In this document: positions 10,153-23,726 of the stretch, one piece after another
How the letters are laid out: each line of letters begins with the position of its first letter
Position numbering within the stretch: position 1 is the first letter of the stretch
Source: Patescibacteria group bacterium
GTDB lineage: Archaea > Nanobdellota > Nanobdellia > Pacearchaeales > GW2011-AR1
Length of the DNA: 64,000 bases
Direction: 5' to 3'
NCBI GenBank assembly: GCA_019428815.1
Contig: JAHYJW010000003.1
Coordinates: 20,617-84,616, forward strand
Notes under the pieces: model-generated
What the model was told of the DNA's origin: nothing
Databases searched by the model: none
The model's input: only the letters and a program-made list of their open reading frames with translations
Translations under genes and position numbers: made by a program

Positions 10153-10307
10153 TTTCTATAACTAAATTTTAAAATAATCAGGGATTTTTAGGAATATTCG
10201 CTGGAGAATTACAAAAAAATTCTAAAAATTGTTCTAGACTTTAACTGATTTTTATAAAAAAAAGGGACACTACAAAGTTTTTTAAATACAAATCTCTGTG
10301 AATTTCC

Positions 10308-11291
10308 ATGGATTCCAAAAAAAATGAGAAAAAAATAGAAGATAATAAAGAAGATAATAAAGAAATTTTAGAGGCTTCTAAAAAAGATTCCAATAAAAAA
10401 ATAAAAGAATCAAAAAAGAAAGAGAAAGAAAAGGAGAGAAAAGTTAAAGATTTAAAGAAAGAAGCTGAAGAAGAATCGACAGTTAAAGAAAAAGATTTAG
10501 AAGAAAAGAAAAAGGCTTTATTAGAAAAGGCAAAAAAACTTAAAGAAAAATTAGGGGCTTCTTTAGAAACTGAAGAACTTAAGGAAAGAGTTAAAATAAA
10601 GAAAAAGGAAATGCTCATTCCTCTTGAAGAATATGTTAAAGCCGGAATTTACCTTGGAACAAGAGTAGTAACTCCTAGCATGAGGCCATTTGTTTACAGA
10701 AGAAGAGCAGATGGGTTAGCTATATTTAACACAGATTTAATAGATGAAAAAATAAAAGAAGGAATAGACTTTCTATCTAAATTTTCCCCAGAAGATGTGA
10801 TTTTAGTTTGTAAAAGAGAAGCAGGTTGGAAAGCTGCAAAGAAATTTGGAGAGATCACAGGAATAAGAGTTTTTACAAGGAAATATCCTGCAGGAATTCT
10901 TACAAATAAAGTTTTACCTGATTTTTTTGAAAATGAACTAACAATTATTTCTGATCACTGGGTAGATAAAAATGCTTTAAATGATACTCTTAGAGTTAAC
11001 AAAAAAGTTTTAATGATATGTGATACAAATAATTTCTCAAAAGGGGCAGATCAGATAATTTTAGGGAACAATAAAAGTTCAAGAAGCTTAGGCATCATTT
11101 TCTATTTACTAACAAGAGGTTACTGTAAAAATAAAGGAATAAAAAGAGATATCCCAGATTTAGAATGGTGGACCGAAGAAATTGAAGACGAGAAAAGACA
11201 GAGGATGAAAGACTTAGGTAAAAAAAGTTCCTTTTCTAAAACTTATAAACCTTCCCAGATAATGAGTCCTAAAGAAGGTTATGGAATTTAA
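10308..11291 (+). CDS. rps2: 30S ribosomal protein uS2 with a ~100-aa K/E-rich N-terminal extension
   Basis: YVKAGIYLGT, MRPFVYRRRADG, PAGILTN, CDTNN, GNNKS. Confidence 0.92.
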   Translation: MDSKKNEKKIEDNKEDNKEILEASKKDSNKKIKESKKKEKEKERKVKDLKKEAEEESTVKEKDLEEKKKALLEKAKKLKEKLGASLETEELKERVKIKKKEMLIPLEEYVKAGIYLGTRVVTPSMRPFVYRRRADGLAIFNTDLIDEKIKEGIDFLSKFSPEDVILVCKREAGWKAAKKFGEITGIRVFTRKYPAGILTNKVLPDFFENELTIISDHWVDKNALNDTLRVNKKVLMICDTNNFSKGADQIILGNNKSSRSLGIIFYLLTRGYCKNKGIKRDIPDLEWWTEEIEDEKRQRMKDLGKKSSFSKTYKPSQIMSPKEGYGI

Positions 11292-11364
11292 ATAAAGCTT
11301 TGTATTATTTTAAACCTCTTTTCAAAAAATTTATTTTTTAAAATTTCTGTATCAGATATGAATA

Positions 11365-11841
11365 TTATATTTTAAACCAAATCCAATTTTTTTCTGGATT
11401 TGAACCATAGTTAGTTTTGATAAGAACAAAATCTCCGTCTAGTTTTTTACCTTTTAATGTAAACTCAATTTTATTTGAATTTTTTGATTTTAATATATAC
11501 TCCCCTTTATCCCAAATTTCAACTTTTCCTGCTCCGTAACTTCCCTCAGGAATTGTTCCTTGAAAATTTGCATAATTCAAAGGATGGTCTTCAACTTGAA
11601 TTGCTAATCGTTTTATCCCTTTGCTTTTCGGAGGTTCTTTTGGAATAGCCCAAGATTTTAAAATTCCCCCCATTTCTAATCTAAGATCAAAGTGGTCATG
11701 ACTAGCTTGATGAAATTGAATTACAAAAATCCTTTTTTTATTCTGATCTTTGGATAACTTATCTTTTTTATTCTTTTTATAACCCCCAGGTTCTTTTGTT
11801 TTAGAAAAATCTCTTTTTTGAGAATATTTTTTTAATGCCAT
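11365..11841 (-). CDS. Stand-alone LigD-type DNA 3'-phosphoesterase (PE) domain
   Basis: YSQKRDFSKTKEP, FVIQFHQASHDHFDLRLE, SWAIPKEP, RLAIQVEDHP, YGAGKVEIWDKG. Confidence 0.92.
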   Translation of the reverse strand: MALKKYSQKRDFSKTKEPGGYKKNKKDKLSKDQNKKRIFVIQFHQASHDHFDLRLEMGGILKSWAIPKEPPKSKGIKRLAIQVEDHPLNYANFQGTIPEGSYGAGKVEIWDKGEYILKSKNSNKIEFTLKGKKLDGDFVLIKTNYGSNPEKNWIWFKI

Positions 11842-11990
11842 TTTAAAATAATTTTTTGAAAAGATCTTTAAGACTATTCCCTATTCACTCTAAGTTTAGG
11901 GTATTTAATTAAGTTTTTAATAACTATTTCTAAGGGCCAAAAAGATTTGATTAATTTCATTTTTTTATAAAGAGAATTAAAAAAATACTT

Positions 11991-12005
11991 AGAAAGATTT
12001 ATAAA
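11991..12005 (+). promoter_or_regulatory. Putative BRE-TATA promoter of the 16S rRNA precursor
   Basis: AGAAAGATTTATAAA about 80 nt upstream of the 16S processing stem. Confidence 0.5.
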
Positions 12006-12084
12006 TGAAAAAATTTGTAAATTTATAACTAAGATGAGTGCCTTAAGAATATACGTGAAATACTTAGATTGTATTAAGGTATGA

Positions 12085-13709
<1,625 letters not shown>

Positions 13710-13785
13710 CTCTTAGTTATCTGAAAAAATTTAAAAACCATAACCGGCTCTCGGATATTAAGATTAGTAAAGGATAATTCAAAAA

Positions 13786-13856
13786 GGGCCTGTGGTTTAA
13801 CGGCAAAACACCTCGTTTGCACCGAGGAGCTCCGTGTTCAATTCACGGCAGGTCCA
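13786..13856 (+). tRNA. tRNA-Ala(UGC)
   Basis: Cloverleaf with GGGCCTG/CAGGTCC acceptor and G3-U70; anticodon arm CCTCG-TTTGCAC-CGAGG; no CCA. Confidence 0.96.
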
Positions 13857-13927
13857 TTTTTTCTAAATGGACTAAATTTAAAAATAGTTAAAAAATAAAA
13901 CATAAATTCAAAAAAATAAAATGGAGA

Positions 13928-14182
13928 TTGAAGATGAGCCTGGCGGAAAAATTAGAAGGAAAAAATTCCACAATAGAAGTCAAAGTAGACGGAGCACTAT
14001 TTTATACCCTAAAAATTCGAGAAGAGGGAATCTCTTCTGAAGTATACGGGGATAGGTGCATTCCTACAGGGACTTATGCTCTTAGAATTGATGGCTTGAG
14101 GATTATGGTAGAAAATAGGATGAAGAGAGATTACCCGGGAAGAGAAATAAACATAAATATTAAATATGACAATGGGAAATAA
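13928..14182 (+). CDS. Hypothetical protein inside the 16S-23S spacer (start possibly ATG 13934)
   Basis: GGAG upstream; protein-like composition; overlaps the next ORF. Confidence 0.55.
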   Translation: MKMSLAEKLEGKNSTIEVKVDGALFYTLKIREEGISSEVYGDRCIPTGTYALRIDGLRIMVENRMKRDYPGREININIKYDNGK

Positions 14183-14402
14183 AAATTTAGAAAGATTTAT
14201 GCTGATAAATCAAGAAATGTACCCTAGAGAGAAATATGGGGATTATGGTCAAAAGTATAGTAACGATTTCAGAGATTATGCTTTCTCCTCTGAGGGGAAA
14301 AAACAGGGAATGAATAGGCCTGATTATCCAAATAACGAAGAAGTTTTAGGAACTTTTTACAAGAATCGAGGAGGAATTCTTCTCGGGTTAAGTTTAAAGT
14401 AA
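14166..14402 (+). CDS. Hypothetical protein inside the 16S-23S spacer
   Basis: 78-aa ORF overlapping the previous ORF; no recognisable motif. Confidence 0.5.
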   Translation: MTMGNKNLERFMLINQEMYPREKYGDYGQKYSNDFRDYAFSSEGKKQGMNRPDYPNNEEVLGTFYKNRGGILLGLSLK

Positions 14403-14517
14403 GTTCAATTCAAAAATAAAATCACATCATATTCACTTAAATTTCAAATCACGAAAAAAAAGTGAAAGTTGGTTCCATAGATTTTATGGGATCATTTTGA
14501 GAACGTTATGTTCAATG

Positions 14518-17470
<2,953 letters not shown>

Positions 17471-17523
17471 AATTGTTAATTCTTATTACCAAAATGATTA
17501 AAATTAACTAAGACTATTACTAA

Positions 17524-18354
17524 TTAACTAAAACTCTTACTAATTTTTTGATTCCAAAAAGAAGGCAGGGGATTATCAACAAACCCTTGAAAATCGTCTG
17601 AGTAAATATAAGCTATCCCTTTTACGTCTTTAAAAATTTTAAAATCTGATTCAATTCCCTCATAAATCTCCCTTATTTTTTTTCTCTCGAAATCTTTTTG
17701 GAGTAATGAAGAAGGTTTCAGGAGTATATAATCTGCTTGTCTTATCGCATTAACTTCTAAATTTGAAGAGTTTTGTGAAATAAAGATAATGCTTATATTC
17801 TTATGTCTTGCAATCAATAAAAGTTCACTTAGAATTTTGTTTGCATTAGTCATTGCTTTTCTAGAACTAAATAATACACCCCCCTCATCAATTAGAATAA
17901 GAGAATTATTTTTTATTTCAGAAGTATTGTTAACAACATCTATCCAACTAGGCATATCATTTTCTTTAAAACCCATTACATAGAAATTTTTTTTATTCTT
18001 TTTGTTAGCATAAATATTCTCAAGTATTTTTAAGCCAAAAGCAGTTTTTCCTGTTCCTCTTGCTCCTAAAATCAAACCAATAGTACTATCAGAATTTGAG
18101 ATTTTGTCCTCCCATTTTTTAAAATTTCCAGAAACTGTTTTAATAACCTTAAACTGAGAATAATTTGCAGACATACTCTCCCTCTGATCTTCAATATTCT
18201 CTTTTTCTATTTTTGTTTTTGTTTTTCTGAAAAGAGTAATAAGTCCTTTTACAATAAAATAAGGAATTTTAATTAGAAAAAAAAGTACCTTCCATAAAGC
18301 TTTCAAAAATCTTTTTGATTTACCCTCTTTATTAGACTTTTTTCTTTTAACCAT
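17524..18354 (-). CDS. Membrane-anchored P-loop ATPase, Zot/pI/A32-like (FtsK-HerA superfamily)
   Basis: N-terminal hydrophobic helix; Walker A GARGTGKT; Walker B LILIDE; ARH followed by IIFISQ. Confidence 0.75.
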   Translation of the reverse strand: MVKRKKSNKEGKSKRFLKALWKVLFFLIKIPYFIVKGLITLFRKTKTKIEKENIEDQRESMSANYSQFKVIKTVSGNFKKWEDKISNSDSTIGLILGARGTGKTAFGLKILENIYANKKNKKNFYVMGFKENDMPSWIDVVNNTSEIKNNSLILIDEGGVLFSSRKAMTNANKILSELLLIARHKNISIIFISQNSSNLEVNAIRQADYILLKPSSLLQKDFERKKIREIYEGIESDFKIFKDVKGIAYIYSDDFQGFVDNPLPSFWNQKISKSFS

Positions 18355-18479
18355 AAATTAAGAACGTAATCCGGTTTTATATTTTTATCTAATCAATTTT
18401 TAAACATAAGAAAATCTTTTAATTTTTATCAGTAGTAAAGGATTTAAATGAGTGTTAACATAAATTCATATAAGGAGGT

Positions 18480-18692
18480 GTGAAAATGAGTTTTAAATCT
18501 TGGAAAGAATCAAGGATGAAAAATTTAACTTTTTGTGATATAGGGCTAATAAAATGGAGTGTTTTTGCATTTACTCTTATGGTCGCAAAACTCTGGAATC
18601 CAATTTTAAGTTTAGAGTGGTATTGGTATGCTTTAGTCTTTGTAATAGCTGCAGTAATCCCTTCATCAAAAATGTTAAAAAAAGGAAAATAG
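18480..18692 (+). CDS. Small two-TM membrane protein
   Basis: AAGGAGGTG SD immediately upstream; two hydrophobic segments. Confidence 0.7.
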   Translation: MKMSFKSWKESRMKNLTFCDIGLIKWSVFAFTLMVAKLWNPILSLEWYWYALVFVIAAVIPSSKMLKKGK

Positions 18693-18818
18693 TAGTCTAA
18701 ACAAGTTACCAATAGCCTTAAAAAGCCACTTATATAAGATATTTTACTGTTAGAATAAAACTAATTATTTTGGCTAATTCTGATGGTATGAAACAGTTGG
18801 AAGGAGGAATATAGTACA

Positions 18819-19115
18819 ATGAAAGTTTACATAGGGAATTTACCCTTTAGTGTTGACTCTGAAAAATTGAAAGAACTTTTTGCTTCTTATGGAGATATTG
18901 AAGAAGCTACAGTTATTTCAGATAAGTTTTCAGGTAGATCAAAAGGATTTGGTTTTGTAACCTTTTCAAACGATGAAGGTGCTAAAAAAGCAATAAAAGA
19001 AATGAATGAAAAGGAAATTGAAGGAAGAAAATTGAAGGTTAATGAAGCAAAACCAATGGAAGACAGACCACCAAGAAGAACTGGTGGAAGAAACTTCGGT
19101 AATAGAAGATTTTAG
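18819..19115 (+). CDS. Single-RRM RNA-binding protein
   Basis: RNP2 VYIGNL; RNP1 KGFGFVTF; G/R-rich tail; GGAGG SD. Confidence 0.95.
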   Translation: MKVYIGNLPFSVDSEKLKELFASYGDIEEATVISDKFSGRSKGFGFVTFSNDEGAKKAIKEMNEKEIEGRKLKVNEAKPMEDRPPRRTGGRNFGNRRF

Positions 19116-19290
19116 TTATTGTCTTTAGATTATAATCTTTAGAGTAATCTTTAGGTTATATCTTCTTTTTATTTTTTATATTTATTTTAAATTTTTAATT
19201 TATTGTTTTAGAGAATTCTTTTTAAGATTGTTAATAAATTCTTCAAAAAGAGGGTACCAACAAGCTTAAAAATCATAATTTCGTAAAATT

Positions 19291-19669
19291 TTTGTAAGTT
19301 GGGTAGTTAACTCCGGAATCAACTCTTAATTGAGTAAAAAGTCAAGAAAAAGGATTTTTGATTCTGAGGAAGGTCCGCCCACCTATTAAAGACAAAATCT
19401 TTAATACCCAAATTAGGGGATTGTCTTTTGAAAGGAAGATTCTCGTGAGAGAAAGCTCCAGAACAGAAACGACACAGCTCTTATTGAGTAATGAACTTTG
19501 CGGGGAACTTAGAAATAAGAGATTTGATGAAACGGCTGTCTCAATCGGTGCAAGGATAAAATCCGCTTAGTTAAATGTTAACCCATTTGGTTTGTCTCAG
19601 CTGAAAAAGCTATGCTTATGCAAAGAGAAACAACAAATGACAGAAGGTGGCCTATTCCCAACTTACAAA
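19291..19669 (+). ncRNA. rnpB: RNase P RNA
   Basis: P1 TTTGTAAGTTGGG/CCCAACTTACAAA; CR-I GAGGAAGGTCCGCC pairs with CR-V ACAGAAGGTGGCCTAT (P4 with bulged U); CR-II ACAGAAAC; CR-III TGAAACGG. Confidence 0.93.
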
Positions 19670-19795
19670 TTTATTTTTTTAATTTATGAATGTTAGTTCT
19701 TATTCAATTTGTTAGAGACACTAAAAAATTCTTAGAAAGTCTTTTAAAATGAATAAAATTATATATTTTGGGTATTTATTTTAATGTCCTTATCT

Positions 19796-19867
19796 GGGAC
19801 CATAGCTCAGCGGGAGAGCACATGACTGAAGCTCATGGTGTCCGGGGTTCGACTCCCCGTGGTCCCA
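19796..19867 (+). tRNA. tRNA-Phe(GAA)
   Basis: GGGACCA/TGGTCCC acceptor; CATGA-CTGAAGC-TCATG anticodon arm; GGTTCGACTCC T-arm. Confidence 0.96.
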
Positions 19868-19950
19868 TATTCTAAAATTTGTGTATTAATTAAAAATCAA
19901 AAAGATTTATAAAAGAAAATTAGTTATTTACATTATTAAAAGAGGAAAAA

Positions 19951-20196
19951 ATGAGTAAACAAATTGATATGCCCACAGTAAGTTATTTACTTGGAATTTT
20001 AAGCATTGTTTTATCTTTCTCTGTTCCATTTGCATCTTTAATCTGTGCAATTATTGGATTAAACAAAAGCACTCAACTTAATTTAAAGGAATCAAAAAAA
20101 TTAAATCTTATAGGATTAATATTAAGTATCGCTTTTGGAATTGTATCTATCATAGGGATTTTAATGCAAATGGGTGATCTTAACTTCCCAATCTAA
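19951..20196 (+). CDS. Small membrane protein (DUF4190-like)
   Basis: SYLLGILSI...ICAIIGL...LIGLILS pattern. Confidence 0.65.
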   Translation: MSKQIDMPTVSYLLGILSIVLSFSVPFASLICAIIGLNKSTQLNLKESKKLNLIGLILSIAFGIVSIIGILMQMGDLNFPI

Positions 20197-20197
20197 A

Positions 20198-20767
20198 ATG
20201 GAAAAAATGGCTTTAGGTAAAAAAAAGGGTGCTATGGAATTATCTGTTAGCACAATGATTATTGTTGTTTTAGCCATGGTTCTTTTAGTTTTAGGAGTTT
20301 TCTTTATCCAAAGAATCTTTGGTTCAGCTACTAACGCAATAGATTCTATTGACTCTCAAGTTCAAAGTGAGATACAAAAATTATTTGCTGACGAAGCTCA
20401 TATTCTTGCAGTTTACCCTACATCAAGAGAGGTAATATTAAAAAAGGGGGACCGAAAAGGATTTGCTTTTTCAATTAGAAACAGTCAAAATGAAGCTCGA
20501 CTTTTTGAATATGAAATTGAAGCTGTTGAGTCTTATGATTTTTCTGGAAAATGCGGAAGCAGTTTTAGTAAAGCGCAAGCAGATTATTGGATGGTAATTA
20601 GTTCTGGAAGTTTTAACTTAGCTGGGGCGGCAACTTCTACTCTCCCTGAATTAATACTCTTTGATATACCTGAGGAGGCGCCTTCTTGTTCTATTCCATA
20701 CAGAATAGATATTACCGCAAATGGTGAACCATATGCAAATACTCAGATTTATTTAGTGATTAAGTAA
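20198..20767 (+). CDS. Type IV pilin-like protein with a class III signal peptide
   Basis: KKKG/AMELSVSTMIIVVLAMVLLVLG followed by a beta-rich domain with 2 Cys; ATG at 20198. Confidence 0.75.
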   Translation: MEKMALGKKKGAMELSVSTMIIVVLAMVLLVLGVFFIQRIFGSATNAIDSIDSQVQSEIQKLFADEAHILAVYPTSREVILKKGDRKGFAFSIRNSQNEARLFEYEIEAVESYDFSGKCGSSFSKAQADYWMVISSGSFNLAGAATSTLPELILFDIPEEAPSCSIPYRIDITANGEPYANTQIYLVIK

Positions 20768-20823
20768 AAAACTCTCAAAAAGTTTTAACTTAAATTTTTA
20801 AATTACTTTTTCTTTATTTAATC

Positions 20824-22203
20824 ATGGTATTAAAAATTTATAACACCCTCTCTCGAAAAAAAGAAAGTTTTAAACCAATCAAAGAAGGGGAAGTTAATCT
20901 TTTTGTGTGTGGGCCAACAGTTTATAATTCATCTCACCTAGGACATGCAAAAACCTATGTACAATTTGATGTTATTGTAAAGTTCTTAAGATTTAAAGGA
21001 TATAAAGTAAAATACATACAAAATATAACAAACATCGATGATAAAATAATTCTTAAAGCAAAGGAAGAGGGTTTAGGAGAAGAAGGTTGGGAAATAGTTA
21101 GTGAAAGATATGAAAAAAGTTATTTAGAAGATATGAAAAAACTTAATGTTAATTCTGTCAATAAATATGCAAAGGCTACAAACTATATGGGCCAGATAAT
21201 TTCTCAAGTTAATTGCCTTATTAAAATGGGCTATGCATACCAAATTTCTGATGGATGGTACTTTGATTTAAGTAAGTGTAAAGATTATGGAAAATTAGCA
21301 AAAAGAACAAGCCAAAAGGCGGATGATGCGGTTTCTAGAATTGATGAAAATAAGGAGAAAAAAAATAAGGGAGATTTTTGTTTATGGAAATTCTCTAAAA
21401 AAGGAGAACCTAAATGGGAAACAAAAATTGGAGAAGGACGTCCAGGATGGCATATAGAAGACACTGCTATTACTGAAAAAGAATTTGGCCCCCAGTATGA
21501 TGTTCACGGGGGCGGGATAGATTTAATATTTCCCCATCATGAGGCAGAGATAGCCCAGATGGAGTCCATTTCTGGAAAAAAACCTTTAGTGAAATATTGG
21601 TTACACACTGGTTTTTTAGAAATTGATAAAGGAAAGATGTCAAAATCAAAAGGAAATTTCTACGGTCTTAAAGAAATTATGGAAAAGGGCTATAATCCCC
21701 TTCATTTAAGATATCTTTTCCTTTTGGGTCATTATAAAAAACCTCTTAATTTCAGTTGGGAAAGTTTAAACTCTGCAAGAAATGCTTATGAAAAATTAAA
21801 AAATAATTTGTCTAAAATAAAAAGCAGTAAATCAAAAATTAATCAAAAAAATGTAGATTCTGTAAAAAAGCAGTTCATTCAAATACTAGATGATGATTTT
21901 AATGTACCCCGAGCTCTTTCATATTTGTGGGATATCTTAAGAGAAGAAAAACTTAATGACTCTGAAAAATTTAAGATTATTACTGAATTCGATAAAGTTT
22001 TTGATTTAGATTTAAGTTTAGATAAAGAAGAAATCCAAGAAGTCCCTTCAGAAATTTTAAAACTAGCAAAAGAAAGAGACGAATTAAGAAAAAATAAAAA
22101 GTTTAAAGAATCAGATGAGATTAGGGATAAGATTAATAAACAGGGTTTCGTTGTTGAAGATAGTGAGGCAGGTTCTGTAATTAAAAAAAGAGGAGGAAAT
22201 TAA
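20824..22203 (+). CDS. cysS: Cysteinyl-tRNA synthetase
   Basis: CGPTVY, HLGH, GRPGWHIE, HGGGIDLIFPHHE, KMSKS. Confidence 0.97.
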   Translation: MVLKIYNTLSRKKESFKPIKEGEVNLFVCGPTVYNSSHLGHAKTYVQFDVIVKFLRFKGYKVKYIQNITNIDDKIILKAKEEGLGEEGWEIVSERYEKSYLEDMKKLNVNSVNKYAKATNYMGQIISQVNCLIKMGYAYQISDGWYFDLSKCKDYGKLAKRTSQKADDAVSRIDENKEKKNKGDFCLWKFSKKGEPKWETKIGEGRPGWHIEDTAITEKEFGPQYDVHGGGIDLIFPHHEAEIAQMESISGKKPLVKYWLHTGFLEIDKGKMSKSKGNFYGLKEIMEKGYNPLHLRYLFLLGHYKKPLNFSWESLNSARNAYEKLKNNLSKIKSSKSKINQKNVDSVKKQFIQILDDDFNVPRALSYLWDILREEKLNDSEKFKIITEFDKVFDLDLSLDKEEIQEVPSEILKLAKERDELRKNKKFKESDEIRDKINKQGFVVEDSEAGSVIKKRGGN

Positions 22204-22305
22204 AAGAATCTCTTTGATTTTATAGGGATACTTCATATTTTGATAATTCCAATTTTAAAGTCCAAATTTTAAAGTTAAAGAATTAAAGGAGGGTGAATAA
22301 AAAAG

Positions 22306-23604
22306 ATGAATAAAAAAATTGAGTGGTATCATGATTTTATTAATTTAAAATACAAACCCAAATCTGACGATTTAAAAGTTTTGTATTATTTTGAACCAGC
22401 TAAAGGGATTAGTAAAGAAGATTCTATTGGAAGAATTGCTTCTGAGTCTTCTACAGGTACCTGGACAACATTATATGAGCTACCTCCAAGAATGAAAAAG
22501 CTTATGGCAACAGCATATGAAATCAAAGGTAATTTTGTAAAAGTAGCATACCCTTTAGATTTATGGGAGTCTGGAAATGCACCCCAACTCCTATCTGGAA
22601 TTGCAGGGAATATTTTTGGAATGAAAGCTTTGAATAACTTAAGACTTCTTGATGTTTCTCTACCTCAATCTTATATAAAACATTTCAAAGGCCCTAAACT
22701 TGGAATTTCAGGACTGAGAAAATATTTTAAGATTTACGACAGACCATTAACGGGGGCAGTATTAAAACCGAAAATAGGATTTAGTGCATTAGAACATACT
22801 AGAATAGCTAAAGAAACCTGGTTAGGGGGATTTGATTTAGTCAAAGATGATGAAAATCTTACTTCAACTAAATTTAACAATTTTTACAAAAGAGTAGACC
22901 TTATGACAAAGATGAGGGATAAAGTAGAAAAAGAAACCGGAGAGATAAAAGACGCATTACTCAACATAACTTCTGAAACAAAAGAGATGATGAAACGAGC
23001 AAAATACCTACATGATAAAGGATGGAAATATGCAATGATTGACGTTGTTGTTTCTGGTACTGCAGCAGTTCAAACACTTAGAGAAACTCTAGGGGATTAT
23101 GGTATGGGAATACACGCGCATAGAGCTATGCATGCTTCTTTTGATAGAAATGAAAAACATGGAATAACTATGCAGTTTTTAGCTAAAATAATGAGACTTA
23201 TTGGAGTAGAACAAATACACTCTGGAACAGCAGTGGGAAAATTAGTCGGTTCTAAGGAGGAAGTTCAGAGTATTGCAACAACTCTTAGAGAAAAGAATGT
23301 TAAAGAAAAGTTACCTTATCATTTAGAACAGAATTGGCATCATATAAAGCCCTCTTTTCCTGTTTCTTCTGGAGGTTTACATCCGGGGCTTGTTCCAGAA
23401 GAATTAGAAATTTTTGGTAAAGACCTTATCTTATTAATCTCCGGGGGAATTCATGGGCACCCTAAAGGAACTCGAGCAGGAGCAATGGCTACAATGCAAG
23501 CAATAGATGCATTTAATAAAAAGATTTCATTAGAGGATTATTCTAAGAATAATAAGGAATTGGCTCAATCATTAGAAAAGTGGGGAAGATTAAAACCAAG
23601 GTAA
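22306..23604 (+). CDS. rbcL: RuBisCO large subunit, archaeal form III type
   Basis: ESSTGTWT, GNIFGMK, KPKIG, GGFDLVKDDEN, HAHRAMH, GTAVGKL, SGGLH and GGIHGHP; the catalytic residues appear intact. Confidence 0.95.
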   Translation: MNKKIEWYHDFINLKYKPKSDDLKVLYYFEPAKGISKEDSIGRIASESSTGTWTTLYELPPRMKKLMATAYEIKGNFVKVAYPLDLWESGNAPQLLSGIAGNIFGMKALNNLRLLDVSLPQSYIKHFKGPKLGISGLRKYFKIYDRPLTGAVLKPKIGFSALEHTRIAKETWLGGFDLVKDDENLTSTKFNNFYKRVDLMTKMRDKVEKETGEIKDALLNITSETKEMMKRAKYLHDKGWKYAMIDVVVSGTAAVQTLRETLGDYGMGIHAHRAMHASFDRNEKHGITMQFLAKIMRLIGVEQIHSGTAVGKLVGSKEEVQSIATTLREKNVKEKLPYHLEQNWHHIKPSFPVSSGGLHPGLVPEELEIFGKDLILLISGGIHGHPKGTRAGAMATMQAIDAFNKKISLEDYSKNNKELAQSLEKWGRLKPR

Positions 23605-23726
23605 AATCAGGGGAAAATTTTAAACTTAAACACCTAAATTTTCTTAAAAACTAACCCAACAAATTTAAAAACTTATTTTATTTACTTAAGCTATCTTAAT
23701 GATAAAATTTAAAGGAGGGATTAAAA

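Noticed and set aside
19358..19570. 70-aa ORF
   Set aside because: Lies entirely within the RNase P RNA
17524..20767. Integrated filamentous provirus around the Zot-like ATPase and tRNA-Phe
   Set aside because: No integrase, Rep or att duplication, and the region contains rnpB
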